Part shown: piece by piece, positions 44,590 to 56,485 of the stretch | Position numbering within the stretch: position 1 is the first letter of the stretch | Layout: each line of letters starts with the position of its first letter | Source of the DNA: Trypanosoma brucei | Taxonomy: Eukaryota | DNA length: 64,000 bases | Direction: 5' to 3' | Assembly (NCBI GenBank): GCA_000002445.1 | Contig: CH464491.1 | Span: 2,080,001-2,144,000, forward strand | Position numbers and translations under genes: made by a program | The notes under the pieces: generated by a model | What the model was told of the DNA's origin: nothing | The model's input: only the letters and a program-made list of their open reading frames with translations | The model's database searches: none

Positions 44590-47514
44590 TTACACTTCCA
44601 CTTGGGCCCCAACGATGCCTCCTGACTTTTTTGGACGGCCACGCCGCTTTGGCTCCGTATCCACGGGCGCGACATCTCCGTTAGCCTCATCGTTCGTGTC
44701 ACTTCGAATTTTCTCACGTGACGACTCGCTCTCCGCGGTAGCGTACCGCCTTCCCTTCAACACATTATGACTGTCCTTCTTTTCTCTTTTGGGGTGGGTC
44801 CGCCGTATCGCCACCTTTTTGGTGGATTCGACTTCCTCATTAGTTTCGGCATCGGGGATGAGCTGAGTGCCTTCGCCTGAAGCTTTACTGTCGGGAGTCG
44901 GATACCACACCTCCTCGTAAGTTTTAGGTGTGCTCTTCGTCCCCTTTGGGCCCTTCTTCCGCTTAGACACTTCATTCGTCGTTACGGATTGTCTCTTGGA
45001 AATTCCATCCACACTTCCACGGTGATGTTTCCCCTTCGCGCTCTGTTTTTTCTTCGATCCCCTTGGACGCGCCCGCCGCATGGGTTCCCCACCCGTCAAC
45101 CTCGGTTCCTCGGGTTTGCCCTCATCTGCGCTTCTCTGCACATCTTCGGTGCGCAACTTATCGGAACTCCGTCGATGGTGGTGCTTCTCCTTAGTTTTTG
45201 ATGTTTTTTTTGCTCCCTTGAAGTGTTCCCGCTGCCGTGACACATTTTTCAACACCGCCGGTTCCTCACTGGGTGTATCACCCGCGGCAAACTCAGCGCT
45301 CTTGTGTGAAGATTCGCCATCAGATGTGATGCGCCGCACCTCTTTATGAGGTGTTGAAGAGCCCCTGTTTTTTCTATGGCGAGTTCGCCGCTTATGTGCT
45401 TCGCGAGAGGACTCAGTTCTTGCTCCAGATGCGTCGCCAGTAGCTTCATTCGAGGTGCTTGGACGCGTGCCGGTCATAGCGAGTGGTTCAGTTGTGTCTG
45501 GAGTGGAGTAACTTGTGGACTGGAAGTAAACGCTGTCACCAAACGGAAACCGAAGCGAACTCTGCTGCAATTCATTGAGCCACTCAAATCGCGGCCATGT
45601 GCAGCTTGTACCAACGGCTGAGGAATTACACGAATCTTTCTGGTTGCTGTCCAAAACCTCCGCAGCAACACGGGAGTCGCAACTAGAGCTAAATAAAGGA
45701 TACATCTCACAGTACCACCGGTACAACTCCTCCGGCGTTGCAGCTGACTTCGGCAAGCAGAACCTGCGTGGCATCCGCGGTGCGTGGAGTTGGCCAAAGC
45801 AACTGTACGAAAGTTGGTCCTGCAGCGGCAATTCCTCAAAGGGCCGCGGCGGTGCCACCAAGAAGGAATTTCGCTGTGGGGACGCCAAGCACCACGAAGA
45901 CAAGCACAGTAATTCATTGTGTAGACTGCTGAGCCGCTGATACGTTACAGGTGGTGGCGTTATTGCTCTCACCTCGTCACGGGCAAAAAACAGCATCAGC
46001 AGCGCCCTTCGTGTCATAATGTCAACGTACACCTCTGCCTGCAGAGCCCCAAACCCACCACACACCGTACGATAAACATCCACAATTTCATCAATTCTCA
46101 TGTTCTGGAACAAATGCCAAAGTTGTGTAAGGTGGATATCCTCCAACTCTCCATTCATTGGGTTTATTACGTTTCTTTCCTCCCCCCGCCACCAACCTCC
46201 AGTGGCGGCCCTCCCCTTCTCCTGTTCCAATTCTTCTGTGGAAATCTCGCTACCACATGAATTGTGACATCCAGTTAACACCTCGCTAGGTTCAATCATG
46301 TTTATATAGAATGTATCCGTAAGATACCTCTGGTGGCGGGCATTGCAGTTCGTTCTCCTTTTACAGTCTGCGGGAAATCCTTCTTCTGATAGGTGCGTCG
46401 GATCTTTAGCCTTCCAGCCCTCTGGCCAGTTGAGCGATACGCCATCAACAACATTTTCTGTGAGTTCATTTTCACCCATTACACCCGCCATCACACTTTC
46501 CCTCGTGTCCTCCTGAAACTCTGTCTCGGTGAGTGTGATAATCATATCATGGCTACTAAATAGTGGACGTTTTGTGGATGGGGCAACCCGCATATTCCTA
46601 TAAAAAGCGACGAACATGTGCCACAGTTCTCTTGGGTCACCAGATGAGTTACTTCCATAGTGAAGAAACTCCCAAAGAACGCCCTGCAGACCGTAGCTGT
46701 AAAAACAACTACTGTCGGAGATTCTGCGAAGAGAGTTCCAAATCATGGCAGCGTCAAAGGCAACAACACCGTTGTGACAACACTCAACGACAGCCCTACT
46801 GCAACGGGAATGTACCCGGTTGGGCGTAAAGTTGTGATGCGTAACGGGATGTTTCTCCCCGTTACGAAAACCCACGTCAAGGAGATCCTTACTCTCCTGC
46901 ACCTCTGCGCCCCTTTTGAGAACGAGTTGCAATAGTTCGATCAACTCATCATGCCACATGGCCCTGTTGGAGACAAAACGCTCCAGCATGTTACGAAGAA
47001 TCCTGTGCTCACCAATTATATTGCGGTACTGTGGTGCTGTTTCACCCTCCTCCTGCACCTTTGATACCCAACCACTATCACGGAACAATTTCCTCACACA
47101 CCATTCGTCCAGTAACTCCACATTCCGCAGCCGTTCCTCGACGTCCAAGCACGTCACTACACCCGTGTTGTGATCCTTCAACGAAAACAACATTCGCTTT
47201 AGGTCCATCGACTCCCCAGACATCTCCTCTACTTGTGTTTGTGTGGAGGACGTCCCGTGCAAATCACACGTCATTCGAACGCTCTTCGAAGAAACGGTAG
47301 CGCCAACAGCACTGGAATGGACATCGCCGCAGCTGTCAGTTGTTTCTCCCGAATGCTGCGATAGGGTGCACATGCACGCACGCAATGGGTTTTGCAGGGC
47401 ACTGGAAGCTATCCCGCATCCACTGAAACCAGCAAGGGCTGTGCGGTGGTGACGGTGATGGCACCGCATTAAAAGGGGCGACAGCGGGTTGAGCCGCAGA
47501 AAAGAGTGCCACAT
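44590..47514 (-). CDS. hypothetical nuclear-type protein with a ~300-aa K/R/S-rich C-terminal tail ending in an AT-hook-like PKRRGRPKK motif
   Basis: ATG at 47512-47514 (the true start may be a downstream Met). 974 aa. The C-terminus has clusters of KKxxK, RRxxR and a terminal GRP core (KRRGRPKKSGG) typical of AT-hook DNA-binding motifs. The N-terminal ~600 aa is globular with no recognised domain. Confidence 0.55.
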   Translation of the reverse strand: MWHSFLRLNPLSPLLMRCHHRHHRTALAGFSGCGIASSALQNPLRACMCTLSQHSGETTDSCGDVHSSAVGATVSSKSVRMTCDLHGTSSTQTQVEEMSGESMDLKRMLFSLKDHNTGVVTCLDVEERLRNVELLDEWCVRKLFRDSGWVSKVQEEGETAPQYRNIIGEHRILRNMLERFVSNRAMWHDELIELLQLVLKRGAEVQESKDLLDVGFRNGEKHPVTHHNFTPNRVHSRCSRAVVECCHNGVVAFDAAMIWNSLRRISDSSCFYSYGLQGVLWEFLHYGSNSSGDPRELWHMFVAFYRNMRVAPSTKRPLFSSHDMIITLTETEFQEDTRESVMAGVMGENELTENVVDGVSLNWPEGWKAKDPTHLSEEGFPADCKRRTNCNARHQRYLTDTFYINMIEPSEVLTGCHNSCGSEISTEELEQEKGRAATGGWWRGEERNVINPMNGELEDIHLTQLWHLFQNMRIDEIVDVYRTVCGGFGALQAEVYVDIMTRRALLMLFFARDEVRAITPPPVTYQRLSSLHNELLCLSSWCLASPQRNSFLVAPPRPFEELPLQDQLSYSCFGQLHAPRMPRRFCLPKSAATPEELYRWYCEMYPLFSSSCDSRVAAEVLDSNQKDSCNSSAVGTSCTWPRFEWLNELQQSSLRFPFGDSVYFQSTSYSTPDTTEPLAMTGTRPSTSNEATGDASGARTESSREAHKRRTRHRKNRGSSTPHKEVRRITSDGESSHKSAEFAAGDTPSEEPAVLKNVSRQREHFKGAKKTSKTKEKHHHRRSSDKLRTEDVQRSADEGKPEEPRLTGGEPMRRARPRGSKKKQSAKGKHHRGSVDGISKRQSVTTNEVSKRKKGPKGTKSTPKTYEEVWYPTPDSKASGEGTQLIPDAETNEEVESTKKVAIRRTHPKREKKDSHNVLKGRRYATAESESSREKIRSDTNDEANGDVAPVDTEPKRRGRPKKSGGIVGAQVEV

Positions 47515-48190
47515 GGAAGTGTCGTACCCGTTCTGTCAAACTCTGCCCTAGACTTGTTTTGTAATTTTTTTTATTTTGATTTAAATATGAGAGTTATTCA
47601 CGGCCATAAGGAGGGAGAAAAAATGCGAAGTGTATCACAAATATAGAACTAGAAAGACGAGGTAGAAAACACACAAGATAGAGTGCCGTCAGGTGTACCA
47701 TACTTCTTTTGTCCATTGTGGTCTTCATCCGTTTTCTCGCATCTCCCTCTTTTCTTCATAAGTTTCCTCGTTGTCTTACGATTCAATAGGAACGAAACCA
47801 CATCGCACGCGAGGGGAGCCGAAGGGTTGTGACAACGGTAACGGCAACAGCAGAGAAACCTTCAACGATAGCAAAAAAAAAAAAGTGTTACCACAACTGT
47901 ACCACCAACCCCTAACTCATCAGATAGTGACAAGGAAAAAAAAGGAAAACACAGTACATATGCACTACATATATATAACGGATGTCCGCATACATATGCG
48001 TATAATTACTATTGGTACTATAATTATAATGAGAAAAAAGGTGTAAAAAATCATTTATGAGCGACACAACTCAAAAAGGATACCCCGTTAGTGGTAGAGA
48101 GAGGGGAAGGAATGTGGCGAATGGGCGCGCCAGATGAAAGCGAGAACTTGTTCTCTCTACGGTAAAGGACCAGACACACACACATACACG

Positions 48191-48203
<13 letters not shown>

Positions 48204-48231
<28 letters not shown>
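48204..48231. repeat. (TA)14 microsatellite preceded by (TATG/TATA) variants
   Basis: gtatatgtatatgtatatatatatatatatatatatatatatta. Confidence 0.9.
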
Positions 48232-48235
<4 letters not shown>

Positions 48236-48839
48236 CAAAAGAAAAAGAAAAAGAAAACAGAAAGACAACGTACGCGAAGTCGGTGGCAAAACCTTCCCTC
48301 TATGCTGGGTAGGTTGACAGAAACAAAGAAAAGAAAAAGAAACATGTGGGCTTAGTCTGGCGATAAAATAGCGGTGAAGCATCTATGGCGCGGTCGAACA
48401 ACAGGTCTCTAGTGAAGATTGTATTTTTCTAGGCTTTTTTCGGTAGATCCAAACCCACATGAGCACGTGCCACACAAATATATTAGTGTTACTGCATGTG
48501 CACAAGAAAAGCACGGCATATTTCTATATTTTTATGCGCAGCATAGGTGGTCCCCGATGTTACCACCCACATGAAGTGCTCGTCAGCCTTTACATGTTGC
48601 TGCTTCTTAGCTTCACCATGTCCGCTTTTTGACCTTGGTTCTCTTTGCGAGTAGGCTCCGATAGCAGGAATGTTGTATCATCATATCTAAAACAATAGTC
48701 GTTCACATGAGCAAATTGCTACTGCTCCTCCTCTTACCGCACGTCTGTTCCCATGAGCCCCGTTTTGTGGCTATATACATGCGCTACTCTGCCATATCCT
48801 TACTCTGTTTTGCTTCATTTCCCTAACCTCTCCTACTCA

Positions 48840-49625
48840 TTAGCCTCTATAAGAGCCCCGCCCCCTCCTCGCATTATGTTGCCTTCCTTCCCCCATTCCA
48901 GCGAAACCAGGGATTCCACCACTTTCTTGACGGTTGGAGTGAGTTGCACGACCCGCGGGTGGAAGGTTTTGCTGCGGCAATGGTCTCGGTTGTTGCTGCC
49001 GAATCTTGAAGGGCTGGGGCTCTTCGTTGAAGCGGTTCTGGATTGGGTTTTCGTGTCCCGTGCCAGAGTTCAAATTCCCATTCTTGTTATTGGGGTTGAA
49101 CACGCGCACACCACGCCGTTTGCCCGGTGAATCGCTCTCGCTGAAGCAAAGGAAGCGACTTTGAGTGTTGCCTTCGAATTTCTCACGCACTTCTTTGTCG
49201 CGCTGCGCCGCAGAATCGACAGGTCGTAGGCGCTGCAATTCAGCACAATCTCGCTCCCTCACCTCACGAGGATGGTTCAAAGTTGGTGCATCGGTGTTCC
49301 ACGAAAAAATATTCAGCCCACCTCGCGCAAGGCGGTCCTTTGACAGGCGCCGGGTATCCACCGCTTGTGTTTGGGCTTGCGGCTGCAAAGGTAAATCATA
49401 ACCTCCACCGTTCATATCGACGTGTTCGTATGCATCATGACCCCCGTAACCTGGTGGAGGCCCGTCCATGTACGACTGGGGGGCATCTCGGAGTAAATCC
49501 TCCTGACCGGCGTATGGGGACTCAAGGAAGGTCGGGTGCTTATCGTATGCATCTACATGCTGAGCCCGGCCCAATTCATCAGTGCGACCCCTCAGGTCAC
49601 TTTCATAGTCGTAGTTGGCAAGCAT
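48840..49625 (-). CDS. hypothetical Gly/Pro/Gln-rich protein with RG/RGG-type C-terminus
   Basis: ATG verified at 49623-49625. 261 aa. Low-complexity segments (PPPGYGG, NARRGRGSYRG). Same strand as the cluster. Confidence 0.45.
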   Translation of the reverse strand: MLANYDYESDLRGRTDELGRAQHVDAYDKHPTFLESPYAGQEDLLRDAPQSYMDGPPPGYGGHDAYEHVDMNGGGYDLPLQPQAQTQAVDTRRLSKDRLARGGLNIFSWNTDAPTLNHPREVRERDCAELQRLRPVDSAAQRDKEVREKFEGNTQSRFLCFSESDSPGKRRGVRVFNPNNKNGNLNSGTGHENPIQNRFNEEPQPFKIRQQQPRPLPQQNLPPAGRATHSNRQESGGIPGFAGMGEGRQHNARRGRGSYRG

Positions 49626-50576
49626 CTTGGTAATATAATATTTATATTATATTCTCTGCTCCAAAATAATATCACCTTTTGTCTTTATTATTCCTCACTT
49701 CTACTTGCTTCTCTTGTTTGCTCCTACCTGAGCTTTATTATGTCAAGGCGAGATTCAACGTAACTCTCTTCTAATAACCGATCGATGCGCGGCGATTTCT
49801 ACCTTACGTGAACAGTAAAGCTGAGTTATTTTTATTTTAAGAGCTTTCCACTGTTTCTATCGCTTACCTCTTAGTCACAATTCTTCAGGATGTTCTACTA
49901 TATCAGTGGCATTATAATGCAAGTGAAAAGCACACGATCAGAGACGTGAACACGTACGCACGTACAAAGAGCATAAAGTAAATGACATTGTCAAGTGATT
50001 ATTCCACTCACTCATCCGCCTTCACCACAATAATAAATTAATAACGGCGCCCACCACCCACAACTGGGACAGCCACTAAGAAACACAAAGCAAGGGAAAC
50101 CACATAACCTCACTTCCACAAAACAAAGCACGCGCACGTGCAACCCCGCCAACACGCTCACAGACAATTAGACTATAAAACGAGAAGGGGGAAAATTGCA
50201 GAAAAACAAACCAGAAGAAACAACCACAAATAAAAAGAAAAACAGTAGATAGCACCAGATAAAAGTAATCCTAAAAAATATATACATACACATACATGCT
50301 TTAAGACATGAAAATACTAAAGTAATACAAAAGTAAAAGCAAAAGTGCAAAAGTGTTTCGAAACCGATAAAAGTAAGATTGAAAACAATAATACATATAA
50401 AATTATTGAAAACATAAAAATAAGAACAAAACCCGGTCAAATTCAAAAAAAGCAAGAGCAACAAATTAATAAAAGAAGAAAATTTCAAGAAATTAAAAAT
50501 ATATATCAGAAAATCAGATAAATATTAAAGGCCGACAGCACTTAACAAGACTCTCAATAACATCCCGTTGACAACA

Positions 50577-51408
50577 AGAAATTTCATTGCAACCATAAAA
50601 TAGTCGCGCCTTCTTCACCACAGTTGGTGACTTTACAACCCATAAAGGGCCCTTACCGCGGATGCCAGATTTCTGTTGCACAAGCTTCAGACCCGTCATG
50701 ATATCAAAACCAAATCCAAGAGCATGAGCAATTTCATGTGCCGTCACGCGCATACTACTATCATGAGAAGTCAGCACTTCAGGTCCAATATTGAAAACAC
50801 CAACAGTAGGGCGATGATCCCTATACCTCGAACACGGACCTGCCCATGCTGCAGGTGAACCCATTGGACCAGCGGCACCATATAACACCATATCAGCATC
50901 GGAGACACCTGTAGTGCGGTGCTCCTGAGGAATGTTGAAGTATTTGCAAAATGTGTATACTTCAGGAACCTTTATTGGGCCTTGAACTGGTTGTACCATA
51001 AGGCGGTCGCTGTGCATCTTCAATGCATCCGGTATAACAACAGACAGAAGAGATTTCTTTTCTCTGTCAGCACGGAATCAGTTGTGCATTGTAGTACATG
51101 CCCCTAAAAATAGAGCGAGTCTGACCTTCCCTTTCACAATATTTCTTCGGGTCGTCAATATCCGATTTAAAAACCTGAAATCGAATGGGTTGCCATCCTG
51201 CCGTTGAACTCGTAACAATCGCATGCACCAGATCTCCTTTAGGTACTCGAGGCTCACCCACCACTGGAAGGTCCCGCATACTCATGTTTTTCATCAACTT
51301 GCCGAAGTCACACCGATGTGGTGGGATATTGCCTTCAGTCACATCACCACATAATATCAAACCCAATAAAAAGGGAATGACATAACGAGGGAACATAATC
51401 ACTGTCAT
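50577..51408 (-). pseudogene. GP63: GP63/major surface protease relic: frameshifted, with an in-frame stop, and 3'-truncated after the HExxH region
   Basis: Two track ORFs (51067-51477 and 50514-51023) together encode the GP63 signal peptide through VTAHEIAHALGFGFDIM...YGCNEI. An in-frame TGA plus a frameshift lies between them near 51030-51065. Homology to intact copies stops at about 50577, where unrelated AT-rich sequence begins. Confidence 0.7.
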
Positions 51409-52441
51409 ATATACACACTCAAGCGTATCAATAGATATTTGCAAATCCTTTAAATACAGTTTGGATACCACATTCATATAATAAAAAGAAATAGAAACAG
51501 AAATGTAAAGACATAGGAAATAAATATATATATAATAACAACAATATATTATTTGATTACTATCATTGTGAATGATGATAAAGGTGTGAAAACTCCATGC
51601 TCAAGTAAAGAGGGTTAGGAAAATAATACAAAAAAAAGGATCATGAGTGTCCAATGAGAGCAGCGCATCACACACGTGGGAATGATTTCGCCTTATAACA
51701 AGAAACAAATGAAAGGTTCATGCACATTAAATGAAAGAAACCAGTGAGAACACAGCACATGAAGGAATTACGTACATCAAAAGAAAAGCAAAGTACAAAG
51801 GAAAAAGAAAAAGATATATTCTTCAGATATGACAGTTACCGCTGTCGCAAGAGGAAAAAAAAGAAGAAAAAATAAAACAGAAGAATTGAACAAAGACATA
51901 ATATTCATTGATGAAAATTTATGATATGAAACATTAAACTGCTCTATCTACATCAAGCAGGAAACCATTTGATATTCCACACACATAAATTATTGTGATG
52001 TGCGCAACCGAAATGGAAAGATACGGAAGACAGTGCTGATATACATCAATACCGTCACCTCCAGGCAAAACAGTACCCAAAACATTATGTAGGTTTTCCA
52101 TTATTCATTTCAATATATCCACACAATTTCCAATTTAAGAGCAATAAAACAAACATTCAATATTTATGTATATATATATATATATATATGCTATCACTTT
52201 ACACTGGAACAGCAACAAGTGTCGTGTGATGTTGTCGTCAAAGAGATATGACGTGATAAATGACAGCGGTTCCCCATTCATAAAACAGCATGTTTGTACA
52301 TCATGTGAAAGAAAGAAAGATTGGTTAGTAATTCAACTGTTAATAAAGCACACCAAAACTCTCAACAAATGCCTGTGAAATCCAGCTAAGAAAGGCATCA
52401 TAAAGTAATTGCAGTAACAGTGCCGCTTACGCATAATATTA

Positions 52442-54271
52442 TTATAGGGAAAAAGAAACGAAGAGTAGCATATTCCACATAAAATAACTTGAATGTACAG
52501 CCCATGATGCTGCACCTGTCCCGTGCTCTGTCTCTTCAGAATCCACTGGGGAAGGCGCTTCGGAAGATTCTTCTGAAGATTCTTCGGAAGATTCTGCAGA
52601 AGATCCTTCAGAAGATCCTTCGGAAGATCCTTCGGAGGATCCTTCGGAAGATCCTTCAGAAGATCCTTCGGATGCCACCGCCGAAGGGACGGTGACCCGC
52701 TTCAACACCTTCGAGGCACACAACTCAGACTTTTTAGGACACCGAACATAACCGCTGGAGAATGTCACATTAGATGTCACATTTCTTCCCTCGGGGCAAT
52801 CATACCATTGGTCGTCATCAACAAAACGCACCTGAAGAGTATCTGGTTCACAATTCACCTCAACACAAATATCAGCAATTGCAACTATAACGTTCTTCAG
52901 CTTGAGACCCGTAGCTTTCACACACCGTGAGTTAGGTCCAATGCGACTTCCCCACATTGCATGCGGATGACCATCAGTGCAGCCGGTATTGGAGAAGAGA
53001 CGTATGTAAGGGCAGAAATCAAGCAGTTCATTGGGGCCACCCTTATTGACACGAGAAAAGTACCGATATTGCTGGGGTATTGGAGTCCTGTATAAATAAA
53101 TGGCACATGATCCCAACCCACCCCTGTCGGCGGTACAAACATTTTCACCCTTCTTTGTCGCAGATGTACAAAACACATCAGGAAAGTTGCTCTTTCCACT
53201 CTCTATACGTGTGTGTTGCAGAAAATCACAGCCTCGTCCTTTACCAAAATGCATATCTTCTTCAGTTCCCCATCTGGCTTTGTAAAAACCCATATCCTCA
53301 AATAATGCCATAGTTAGCACACTATAACGGCCTCCATCGCTGCCTTTTATACCAGCCATCATCTCTTCCATTGCGATCCTACGCTCCCAATGCGATCTAA
53401 CCGTACCCCTGCCACCTTCATCCTCCAGTTCCACACCCGTGATATCATTGCAACCATAAAATTCCTGCGCTTTCTTTACCACAGTTTGTGACTTTACAAC
53501 CCATACAGGGCCCTTACCGCGGATGCCAGATTTGGATGCCACAAGCTTCCGCTCATTCATAATATCAAAACCAAATCCAAGAGCATGAGCAATTTCATGT
53601 GCCGTCACACGCATACTACTATCATGAGAAGTCAGCACTTCAGGTCCAATATTGAAAACACCAACAACAGGGCGTCCATCCCTCAACTTCGCACACGGAA
53701 CAGCCCATGCTGCAGGTGAACCCATTGGACCAGCGGCACCATATAACACCATATCAGCATCGGAGACACCTGTAGTGCGGTGTTCCCTGGGAATGTTAAA
53801 GTTTTTGCAAAACGATTGCTCCCTATGGACCGTGATTCGTCCCTTTACTGGTTGTACCATGAGGCGATCGCTGTGCATCTTCAGTGCATCTGGTATCACA
53901 GCATCCAAAAGAGATTTCTTCTGCGATGTCAGCAAGGATTCAGTTTTGCATTTGTAGTAGATGCCCCTAAAATTAGAGCGAGTTTCACCCACATTTCCAC
54001 AATATTTCTTCGGGTCCTCAATATCCGATTTAAAAACCTTAAATCGAATGGGTTGCCATCCTGCCATTGAACTCGTAACAATCGCATGCACCAGATCTCC
54101 TTTAGGTACTGGAGGCTCATCCACCACTGGAAGGTCCCGCATACTCATGTTTTTCATCAACTTGCCGAAGTCACACCGATGTGGTGGGATATTGCCTTCA
54201 GTCACATCACCACATAATATCAAACCCAATAAACAGGGAATGACATAACGAGGGAACATAATCACTGTCAT
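52442..54271 (-). CDS. GP63: GP63 / major surface protease (leishmanolysin-like M8 zinc metalloprotease), array copy A with a C-terminal (SSEG)n linker
   Basis: The track start at 54307 is a TTG; the first ATG is at 54269-54271 (MTVIMFPRYVIPCLLGLILCGDV, a signal peptide). Zinc motif HEIAHALGFGF, downstream third His (SHWERR), Cys-rich C-half, hydrophobic C-terminal GPI-signal-like tail (...MWNMLLFVSFSL). 609 aa. Confidence 0.9.
   Translation of the reverse strand: MTVIMFPRYVIPCLLGLILCGDVTEGNIPPHRCDFGKLMKNMSMRDLPVVDEPPVPKGDLVHAIVTSSMAGWQPIRFKVFKSDIEDPKKYCGNVGETRSNFRGIYYKCKTESLLTSQKKSLLDAVIPDALKMHSDRLMVQPVKGRITVHREQSFCKNFNIPREHRTTGVSDADMVLYGAAGPMGSPAAWAVPCAKLRDGRPVVGVFNIGPEVLTSHDSSMRVTAHEIAHALGFGFDIMNERKLVASKSGIRGKGPVWVVKSQTVVKKAQEFYGCNDITGVELEDEGGRGTVRSHWERRIAMEEMMAGIKGSDGGRYSVLTMALFEDMGFYKARWGTEEDMHFGKGRGCDFLQHTRIESGKSNFPDVFCTSATKKGENVCTADRGGLGSCAIYLYRTPIPQQYRYFSRVNKGGPNELLDFCPYIRLFSNTGCTDGHPHAMWGSRIGPNSRCVKATGLKLKNVIVAIADICVEVNCEPDTLQVRFVDDDQWYDCPEGRNVTSNVTFSSGYVRCPKKSELCASKVLKRVTVPSAVASEGSSEGSSEGSSEGSSEGSSEGSSAESSEESSEESSEAPSPVDSEETEHGTGAASWAVHSSYFMWNMLLFVSFSL
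52555..52675. repeat. 12-nt in-frame tandem repeat (~10 units) encoding (SSEG)n in the GP63 copy A C-terminal linker
   Basis: cttc[ga]gaagat[tc]c reiterated. The reverse-frame KILR/KILQ ORF (52489-52695, +) is its antisense shadow. Confidence 0.85.
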
Positions 54272-54988
54272 ATATACACACTCAAGCGTATCAATAGATA
54301 TTTGCAATTCCTTAACTTACAGGATAGAAACTACATACATAGAATAAGAAAAGGAAATAGAAATAGGAATGCAAAGCCATAGGAAGATATGTAAGGTCAG
54401 AGTTAGAAATGTAACAACACACAAAATATTAATTTGTGTGTTACTGATAATGCAACCGAAGTTGTACTCAAGCATGAAAAAATAGGCATAATACTGCACA
54501 GTAACCGCATCTCAAAATACAGCACATGCGTGTGTATAGGATATATAACCTGCTGTCGCATCAGTACGCAATGGTGTCAATCAAACAATACTATCAGAGG
54601 TATCGGAGTGATTGCGGTTGTTGAACATCACGCACAACAGACATAGTTACCACATATTGTAAAAGGGAAGGAATCAACAAGGGAAAAGGAGAGGAATATG
54701 GGAAAGGGAAAGGGAAGGAAATGAATGTTGTCAGACAGGGATAACTGTTAGCAGTCGTTACTCGTCAATGTTAAATCAGAAGAGGTGTCAGGTAAACGTG
54801 TCTTCTCATCATAAGGTACAAGATTTCATTATGCGAGCACTTCCATAGAGACCTCTCTGTAACTCATGGTTGGGACTCGATAATCCAAAAATAACAACAA
54901 ACACAGATGTATCGCTACAAGTTAACTCTCTCTTAAAGGATATATTTATATATTATTACTAATTTTAGTATACCATACAGTATGATAA

Positions 54989-55336
54989 CTAAATAAACAT
55001 AGTTTCTGTAGAGAAAGTATAGGACGCATAACCATCCGTTACAGGATCCCACAACCCCCTGGAGGCAATTCTTATTCCCTGATTTACGGCCTCAGTGACG
55101 GTGGCATGAGTAACAAATTTATAACGCTCATATCCCAGGCGCACAACACGCTGCTGAATCTCACTACATATTTCTTTTATTAGTGGTTGTACATCCTCAT
55201 GCACATACGCCCGATCCCCAACGAGTGTTTGGCACACCTTTTTCAAAATGGGCTCAACGGCACTCGCTCGGAATTTAGTTCCGGGACGCGGCAGCTTAAT
55301 GGCAGGGCGCGGGGCTTCATCGTACTCGTTCACCAT
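54989..55336 (-). CDS. Tctex1-family dynein light chain
   Basis: ATG verified at 55334-55336, stop TAG (cta on the plus strand) at 54989-54991. 115 aa. C-terminal block RGLWDPVTDGYASYTFSTETMFI fits the Tctex-1 family pattern (W-D-x2-T-D-G ... terminal hydrophobic). Confidence 0.75.
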   Translation of the reverse strand: MVNEYDEAPRPAIKLPRPGTKFRASAVEPILKKVCQTLVGDRAYVHEDVQPLIKEICSEIQQRVVRLGYERYKFVTHATVTEAVNQGIRIASRGLWDPVTDGYASYTFSTETMFI

Positions 55337-56485
55337 CAGCTACGTTTGACTTCCACTTCTTTCCTCTTCTTCTTTTCTCTTGTTTTGTCCCGGGTGCTCG
55401 TGTGGATACGCGTAGACGCCTTTCTTATTTCTTCCTAAAGGCAAACAAATTGGTTAATATTCTAAACGATCACGAGCACAGATCAGTAAACACCTACACG
55501 AGGAGTATACTTCGATTTTAGAAACGAACAGAAAAGCAAAAGCAATGGCAAAAAAGAATACCAAACGAAGAAATGGAACATCATATGAATATATATAATA
55601 ACAACAATATATTATTTGATTACTATCATTACGTTAGGTAAAAGATTTATGCACTCCATGCTCAAGTAAAAGAGGGTTAGGAAAATAATACAAAAAAAGG
55701 ATCATGAGAGTCCAATGAGAGCAGCGCATCACACACGTGGGAATGATTTCGCCTTATAACAAGAAACAAATGAAAGGTTCATGCACATTATATGAAAGAA
55801 ACCAGTGAGAACACAACACACCAAGAAATTACGTACATGAAAAGAAAAACAAAGTAGAAAGATAGAAGAAAGAGATATTATTCAGATATGGCTGTAACCA
55901 CTGTCGCAAGGGGAAAATAAGAGAAGAAAAAATATAAGAAAACTATTCAACAAAGACATAATATAGGCTGATAAAATTTATGATATGAAAGGTTAAGCTG
56001 CTCTATCTACATCAAGCAGACACCCATTTGATATTCCACACACATAAATTGTAGTAACGTGCGCAACCGAAATGGAAAGATACGGAAGACAGTGCTGCTG
56101 TATACAATACCGTCACCACAAGGCAAAGCAGTAACAGAAATACATTTTTCCAGCTATTCTTTCTCTCGTTTCAGCGTATCCACACAATTTCCAATTTAAG
56201 AACAAGAAAACAAACATCCAATATATATATATATATGTTATCACTTTACACTGCAACAGCAACAAGTGTCGTGTGATGTTGTCGTAAAAGAGATATGATT
56301 TGATAAACGACACCAGCTCCCCATTCATGAAACAGCGTGTTTGTACATCATATGAAAGAAGGAAAGATTGCTTAGTAATTCAAGTGTTAATAAAGCACAT
56401 CAAAACTCTCAACAAATGCCTGTGAAATTCAGTAAAGAAAGGTATCATAAAGTAATTGCAGTAAGAGTGCCGCTTATGCATCATA

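Noticed and set aside
3961-48232. Multiple (TA)n / (CA)n tracts and the GP63/BiP direct repeats considered as possible CRISPR-like or transposon terminal repeats
   Set aside because: They are simple dinucleotide microsatellites and segmental or tandem gene duplications in a eukaryotic genome. There is no repeat-spacer periodicity, no cas genes and no inverted terminal repeats. No ingi/RIME/SLACS-like element was recognised.
52489-52695. 68-aa ORF of KILR/KILQ repeats on the plus strand
   Set aside because: It is the reverse-complement reading of the in-frame (SSEG)n repeat in GP63 copy A, and is not an independent gene.
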